Shown: positions 59,252-64,000 of the stretch, one piece after another | How the letters are laid out: the number at the start of each line of letters is the position of its first letter | How positions within the stretch are numbered: position 1 is the first letter of the stretch | Source: Candidatus Bathyarchaeia archaeon | GTDB taxonomy: Archaea; Thermoproteota; Bathyarchaeia; Bathyarchaeales; Bathycorpusculaceae | Direction of reading: 5' to 3' | Length of the DNA: 64,000 nt | NCBI GenBank assembly: GCA_050015395.1 | Contig: JBEKBM010000010.1 | Coordinates: 25,267 to 89,266, forward strand | The notes under the pieces: model-generated | Databases searched by the model: none | The model's input: only the letters and a program-made list of their open reading frames with translations | Told to the model about the DNA's origin: nothing | Position numbers and translations under genes: made by a program

Positions 59252-59698
59252 AAAACGCTAAACAAAAACATCACTTCCCCCTTTTTTAGTCTTAAAAAGC
59301 AAATGGAGAAAAAATATGGGCTGAGAAGGCTCTGGTCAAATTCACAAAATTGAATGAAACCTTAGACATTTCATTCTTTTTTCTCCTAGTAGTGTTCCAG
59401 AGCCTCAGCAAACCCTAAATGCTCTGATTTTACCAGTCCATTAGGTATGATTTCCATGAATAGAAAATTAGCAGTCGCATTTTCCCTATTAGCCATCTTA
59501 GGTTTGAACCTGAACTGAACTCCAAACCAAAAATCTTATAACGCAAGCGTTCATAGAAGTGCCATGAAAAATAAGTTTTTCATAGAAAAAGCAACAAAGC
59601 AATGACCTGAAAGGAACTCTCAGTCATTCGAGACAGCAGACAAATCGAAAAGCTTTAAGGCTACTTTGGGTTTTCATCGACTCTGAAGGAGCTTTGCT

Positions 59699-60931
59699 TT
59701 GAGGCTTTTAGTTTACGAGTACGTTTCAGGCGGTGGATGCGCAGGGCAGCCTATTTCACCAAGCGTTTTATCTGAAGGCTTTGCAATGCTGCGCTCAATT
59801 GTTTCTGATTTTAAATCTGCAGACCATGAGGTAACCGTTTTACTTGATACTAGACTTTCAAAACTGAATCCGCCCATAGTCGCCGACTACACAATACCCA
59901 TTTTTTACCCCCAGGAAGCCGAAAAATTCCTCGTTAATGCTGCTAAAATTAACGATGCTGTCTACGTTATTGCACCTGAAACAGGGCAAACGCTGCAGTC
60001 AATCGTAGAACTTGTGGAGCACATAGGCAAGGTTTCGCTTAATTGTGATGCCAGTGCTATCCAAAAGGTTGCGGATAAAACTGTTCTATATGAGACGTTG
60101 AAAAAAAATGGGTTATCGACGCCTAACACGGGGGTGCTTAATGTTGATGGGGGTTTAGCGGAAGTTAAGCAGATCATCAGAAGCAAGTTTAGTTATCCTG
60201 TAGTGTTCAAGCCTATGGATGGTGTCAGCTGCTTCGGCTTAAGCATCGTTAAAGAAGACGCCCAAGTTGAGAAAGCAGTTGCAAGAATAAAGGCTGAGTC
60301 GGCAGGGATGCATTTTATAGTTCAAGAGTTTATTGATGGCGAAGCTGCAAGCGTCAGCGTTCTTTGCACAGGCGGCAAAGCGTTGGCAATTAGCTTGAAT
60401 AAGCAAAACGTCAAGGTTGCCGTGCCAGAGGCTGTTTCAAGCTATGAAGGTGGCACTGTTCCCTTTGATCATCCGCTTAAGCAAGAAGCATTCAGGGTGG
60501 CAGAGAACGTTGTCGAGTCTTTTCCTGGTTTGAGGGGTTATGTGGGTGTTGACTTGGTTTTGGTAGAGGATAAGCCGTTTGTAGTAGATGTTAATCCACG
60601 GTTAACAACTTCTTATGTTGGCTTATGCAGGGTTGCCAGTTTTAACGTTGCCGAGGCTTTAGTTAACGCTGTTTTGAAAGGTAAGCTTTCAACTAAACAG
60701 GAAATTAACGGTTTTGTTTACTTCTCGAAAGTGGAGACTCCCAAGCCGACAGTTAGTGTCTTTGAAAAAGCGGCTCAAATAATGGAGGTTGTTTCGCCGC
60801 CTTTCCCACTGGATGATAATGAAAAAGCTTGCTCGCTGGTCGCTGGTCAAGGTGAATCTTTGGACATTGCACGTTTACGGTTCGAAGAAGCTAAAAAGCG
60901 CTTACTCAACATTATTAGCAGAGGAAAATAA
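59699..60931 (+). CDS. mfnD: ATP-grasp tyramine-glutamate ligase
   Basis: YEYVSGGG...EGFAML, IAPE, KPMDGVSC, QEFIDG and GYVGVD...VNPRLTTSY; mfn context. Confidence 0.85.
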   Translation: MRLLVYEYVSGGGCAGQPISPSVLSEGFAMLRSIVSDFKSADHEVTVLLDTRLSKLNPPIVADYTIPIFYPQEAEKFLVNAAKINDAVYVIAPETGQTLQSIVELVEHIGKVSLNCDASAIQKVADKTVLYETLKKNGLSTPNTGVLNVDGGLAEVKQIIRSKFSYPVVFKPMDGVSCFGLSIVKEDAQVEKAVARIKAESAGMHFIVQEFIDGEAASVSVLCTGGKALAISLNKQNVKVAVPEAVSSYEGGTVPFDHPLKQEAFRVAENVVESFPGLRGYVGVDLVLVEDKPFVVDVNPRLTTSYVGLCRVASFNVAEALVNAVLKGKLSTKQEINGFVYFSKVETPKPTVSVFEKAAQIMEVVSPPFPLDDNEKACSLVAGQGESLDIARLRFEEAKKRLLNIISRGK

Positions 60932-60932
60932 T

Positions 60933-62006
60933 TTGGTAAACGTGTTAGGCTACGATATCGGAGGCGCCAACACTAAAGCCGCCTTCATAAACACACAAAA
61001 AGGCAAGCTGCAAGATATCAAAGTGGCAGTGGAGTACTTCCCAGTATGGAGAGAACCAGAAAAACTCACCAGCGTCCTTCTAATGCTTAAGGAACGGTTA
61101 GGCGTCAACAGGCTTGACGGTTTAGGCGTAACAATGACCGCTGAATTATCCGATGCTTACACAACCAAGCGAGAAGGCGTCCACCATATTTTAGCATGCG
61201 TTAAGAAAGCTTTCCCTAATGTGCCAATTTACGTTTTGAACACCGACGCAAAATTAGAGCCACTTAGCATAGCTGAAGAGGAACCGCTTGGGGTTGCCGC
61301 GGCTAATTGGGCTGCAACAGGCTGGTTAGTAGCTCAACGGGTTAAAGATTGCGTGGTGGTTGACGTTGGAAGTACAAGTGCAAGCATAATTCCCATAGTC
61401 AACGGGCAAGTTGCAGCGAAAGGTAAAACGGATTTGGATAAGCTCATTTGTGGAGAGCTTGTTTACACTGGAAGCTTAAGGACGAATGTTGCTGCAATTG
61501 TTCATTCTGTTCCTGTTAAGAATGGGGTTGCAGGGGTCGCTTCAGAACTGTTCGCGTTATCTGGCGATGTACACTTAGCCTTAGGCAACATCACCTCGAA
61601 GGAGTATACTTGTGAAACTGCTGATGGTCGAGGAAAAAGTTTGCCTGAAACTTTCGCGAGGTTAGCAAGAGTAGTCTGCGCTGACACGGAAATGTTGACT
61701 CAGCAAGAGATCATCAACATGGCTAAGTACATTTATGATAAACAAGTTCTACAGGTTGCCGAAGGCTTAAACAAAGTCTACTCTTACACAAAAACATTGG
61801 CGTCAAACGAGGTTCCGGTGGTGGTTACGGGGCTTGGCAAAGATTTCATCGCAAGGAAAGCCGCTGAAAAAATCGGCGTCAAAGCCATAGTTGATTTGGA
61901 AACTTTAATGCAAACTGATGCTGTGGTGGCTACTCCTGCATTCGGTGTTGCCCTGATGACTGCCATTAAACTTGAAGGAGAAATCGTCAAATGGACATGG
62001 CAATAG
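60933..62006 (+). CDS. mfnF: Hydantoinase-A family methanofuran synthase
   Basis: GYDIGGANTK, VTMTAELSD, AAANW, DVGSTS, GELVYTG and RLARVVCAD motifs. Confidence 0.87.
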   Translation: MVNVLGYDIGGANTKAAFINTQKGKLQDIKVAVEYFPVWREPEKLTSVLLMLKERLGVNRLDGLGVTMTAELSDAYTTKREGVHHILACVKKAFPNVPIYVLNTDAKLEPLSIAEEEPLGVAAANWAATGWLVAQRVKDCVVVDVGSTSASIIPIVNGQVAAKGKTDLDKLICGELVYTGSLRTNVAAIVHSVPVKNGVAGVASELFALSGDVHLALGNITSKEYTCETADGRGKSLPETFARLARVVCADTEMLTQQEIINMAKYIYDKQVLQVAEGLNKVYSYTKTLASNEVPVVVTGLGKDFIARKAAEKIGVKAIVDLETLMQTDAVVATPAFGVALMTAIKLEGEIVKWTWQ

Positions 62007-62659
62007 TCAAAGTAGGAGGCAGCTTAGCGTTACACCCTGAAAAACTAAGAACCCTATGCGCAAAGTTAAGCGAAGTCTCCAAGAAGCATAAGCTAATAGT
62101 AGTGCCGGGAGGAGGCGAATTCGCTGACGCAGTGAGGAATTTAGATAAGCGGTTTAACTTGTCACCTGCAGTGTCTCATCGGATGGCGATTTTGGGAATG
62201 GATCAATACGGTTTCCTGCTGTCTGATTTATTGCCACATTCTTGTGTAATAAATCAGCTTGAAAATGCGCAAAGAATTTTGGATCTGGGTAAGTTGCCTG
62301 TTTTTTTGCCTTCAAATTTTCTGTTCAGCGAGGACCCGCTGAAGAACTCGTGGGATGTAACTTCTGACTCCATCGCTGTTTACATTGCAGGTCAATTGCA
62401 CGCAAGCAGAGTTGTCTTGGTGACTGATGTCAACGGGGTTTACACATGTGACCCGAAAAAGTTTTCAGACGCTAAATTGATCAGCAAGTTATCCGCTAAT
62501 GACCTTTTAAAGATGAATAAGCGGACAAGTGTTGACAAGTTTTTGCCTAAATTGCTTTTACAGTTGCAGATTGAATGTTTTGTTGTTAATGGGCTTTATC
62601 CTGACCGGGTTGAGTCTGTCTTAGATGGGCGAGATACAGTTTGCACAATAATTAATTAG
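61991..62659 (+). CDS. mfnE: Amino-acid-kinase family furan phosphate kinase
   Basis: VKVGGSL, VPGGGEFADAVR, HRMAILGMDQ and SWDVTSDSIA motifs. Confidence 0.85.
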   Translation: MDMAIVKVGGSLALHPEKLRTLCAKLSEVSKKHKLIVVPGGGEFADAVRNLDKRFNLSPAVSHRMAILGMDQYGFLLSDLLPHSCVINQLENAQRILDLGKLPVFLPSNFLFSEDPLKNSWDVTSDSIAVYIAGQLHASRVVLVTDVNGVYTCDPKKFSDAKLISKLSANDLLKMNKRTSVDKFLPKLLLQLQIECFVVNGLYPDRVESVLDGRDTVCTIIN

Positions 62660-62693
62660 CAAACCCATTGGATATGCATCACTAAATGTTTCT

Positions 62694-63059
62694 TTATATC
62701 GATTGCTTCAACACTCTTTGAATTTCGGGAGCAACCGTCATTGACTTTTGCTTATTTTTTGTTCCCGTGATATTTTGAAGCTCCAAGTACTTTTCCAGAA
62801 AAACTAATCCTTTTCCCGTTATCATAAATTTTTTTTGACCACAACTCTCTTCCACAAGCATTAGCCACTGGCTCAGAAGCAGTTGCATAATGCAATTTTG
62901 AAGCGTAACGTAAGAAATACTTGTTTGACGCCTAATGTAACTTTTAGTTTGAGGACTTTTGCATGAACAAAGTATTTCCGCGATGATTTGAATGTGGTCT
63001 CGTTTCTTGTAAAAAGCCGTTTCTTCCTTACTCCTATGGATTGGCTGGTATTCGAGCAA
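62694..63059 (-). CDS. Winged-helix protein (ArnR1-like)
   Basis: KRDHIQIIAEIL...FMITGKGLVFLEKY. Confidence 0.72.
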   Translation of the reverse strand: MLEYQPIHRSKEETAFYKKRDHIQIIAEILCSCKSPQTKSYIRRQTSISYVTLQNCIMQLLLSQWLMLVEESCGQKKFMITGKGLVFLEKYLELQNITGTKNKQKSMTVAPEIQRVLKQSI

Positions 63060-63144
63060 TTAAACGTTTGTTGTAGCGGGTTAGCAGTCACAAATAAGCA
63101 AGTAAATAAAGAAAAATAGAAAAAGGAAAATTGGAAGTACGCGT

Positions 63145-63309
63145 TTAGATTTTTTTCTTGTCTAAGACTTCGCGGAAAGTCTTATCGCAGCACTCGTAAA
63201 GCCCTATGGTAAGTTGAGTTCTTTTTCCTTTCTTATCCGGTTTGCCAGCCATCTTCCAAGTTTTCTTTGCGGTTTTTACTTCTTTTCCACAAGTTGGGCA
63301 TTTTGCCAT
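63145..63309 (-). CDS. 54-aa Cren7-like / Zn-ribbon chromatin protein candidate (not in ORF track)
   Basis: MAKCPTCGKEVKTAKKTWKMAGKPDKKGKRTQLTIGLYECCDKTFREVLDKKKI; K-x-W, IGL(Y/F) and K-x-FR pattern as in Cren7. Confidence 0.8.
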   Translation of the reverse strand: MAKCPTCGKEVKTAKKTWKMAGKPDKKGKRTQLTIGLYECCDKTFREVLDKKKI

Positions 63310-63564
63310 AATTATCCCTATGGTTCAATGTTATCATATGAATCAGCATAAAACACTTGCGGTTAATATACGTAGAATGATTAAAAAAAGGCTTTTTTAC
63401 AGTTAAAAAATGGGAAAACCAATCGTTTTTATTAAAAAAGCGGGCGTTAAGAAGCTCCATTTGGCGTAGGCTAATAGGTGCTTCTACGTGGAGTGCTTGG
63501 TTGAGAAAGGGAATTGTGTGGAAGAATTATTAGCTTAGACTGATGAAGCTTACATTGAAGATAC

Positions 63565-63870
63565 ATGACGATTGTTGGTTTAGATTTGGCAGGCGTTGAA
63601 AGCAGACCTACGGGTTTCTGCATACTTGCAGACATGAAGGCAGAGACTTCCTTGGTTTATACAGACGAGGAAACCCTCAAGAAAATCAGGGAAAGCAACC
63701 CTAGAGTTGTCGCCATTGATGCGCCTTTAAGCTTGCCTCCTGGAAGAAAGTCGCTTGAGGAAAGGACAGACGCGCATTTAAGAGAATGCGACAGGGAACT
63801 TTTGAAAAGGGGCATAAGGTTTTTTCCTGTGACACTGGGTCCTTTGTGAAAGCTGATTTATCAGGGTGCC
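63565..63870 (+). pseudogene. DUF429 family (RNase H-like) gene truncated at TGA 63847-63849
   Basis: GLDLAG, AIDAPLSLP, LRECDREL, FFPVTLGPL*KL; no long continuation. Confidence 0.7.
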
Positions 63871-64000
63871 TCAGATGTGGTGTTAACATCAGTCTTGCTC
63901 TAAGCGCGCGCCAGTGCGTTGCTAATTTAGCATTTTTGTGTTTAGTTTCTGCTCATCTTGCGAGTAAGGTTATGGACCGTGCTTTTTCTACCCTGTTTAA

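Noticed and set aside
60789-60932. 48-aa N-terminal extension of mfnF
   Set aside because: It overlaps mfnD; TTG at 60933 after GAGG directly precedes the conserved GYDIGGANTK.

Overview
Archaeal chromosomal segment, most consistent with Bathyarchaeia (inferred from TBP, TFS, pelota, Snf7/CdvB, a Cren7-like protein, methanofuran genes and beta-propeller surface proteins). Identifiable loci: MrfAB/YprAB-type repair helicase-exonuclease, HEPN-MNT toxin-antitoxin pair, solo NurA-HerA pair, an ABC-2 exporter, a 10-gene complex-I-ordered group 4 [NiFe]-hydrogenase operon, proBA, K+-independent H+-PPase, pelota, TBP, tRNA thiolase, RNase P RNA and a methanofuran (mfn) cluster. The most striking unannotated structure lies downstream of the RNase P RNA gene (40289-40609). 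Five same-strand diverged pieces of the rnpB 3' region (42233, 44332, 44999, 46177, 48395) partition about 8 kb into 0.6-2.2 kb blocks of accessory cargo. This looks like a serial gene-capture array anchored on rnpB, with no integrase visible in the window. Other unexplained structure: a ~160-bp non-coding element present twice in inverted orientation (9722-9882 and 28848-29007), an 8 x 10-bp phased YGCGT array (25401-25480), several mini-proteins missed by the ORF track (C2H2 zinc finger, Cren7-like, desulforedoxin-like), and many gene remnants. All calls are by eye, without database searches.
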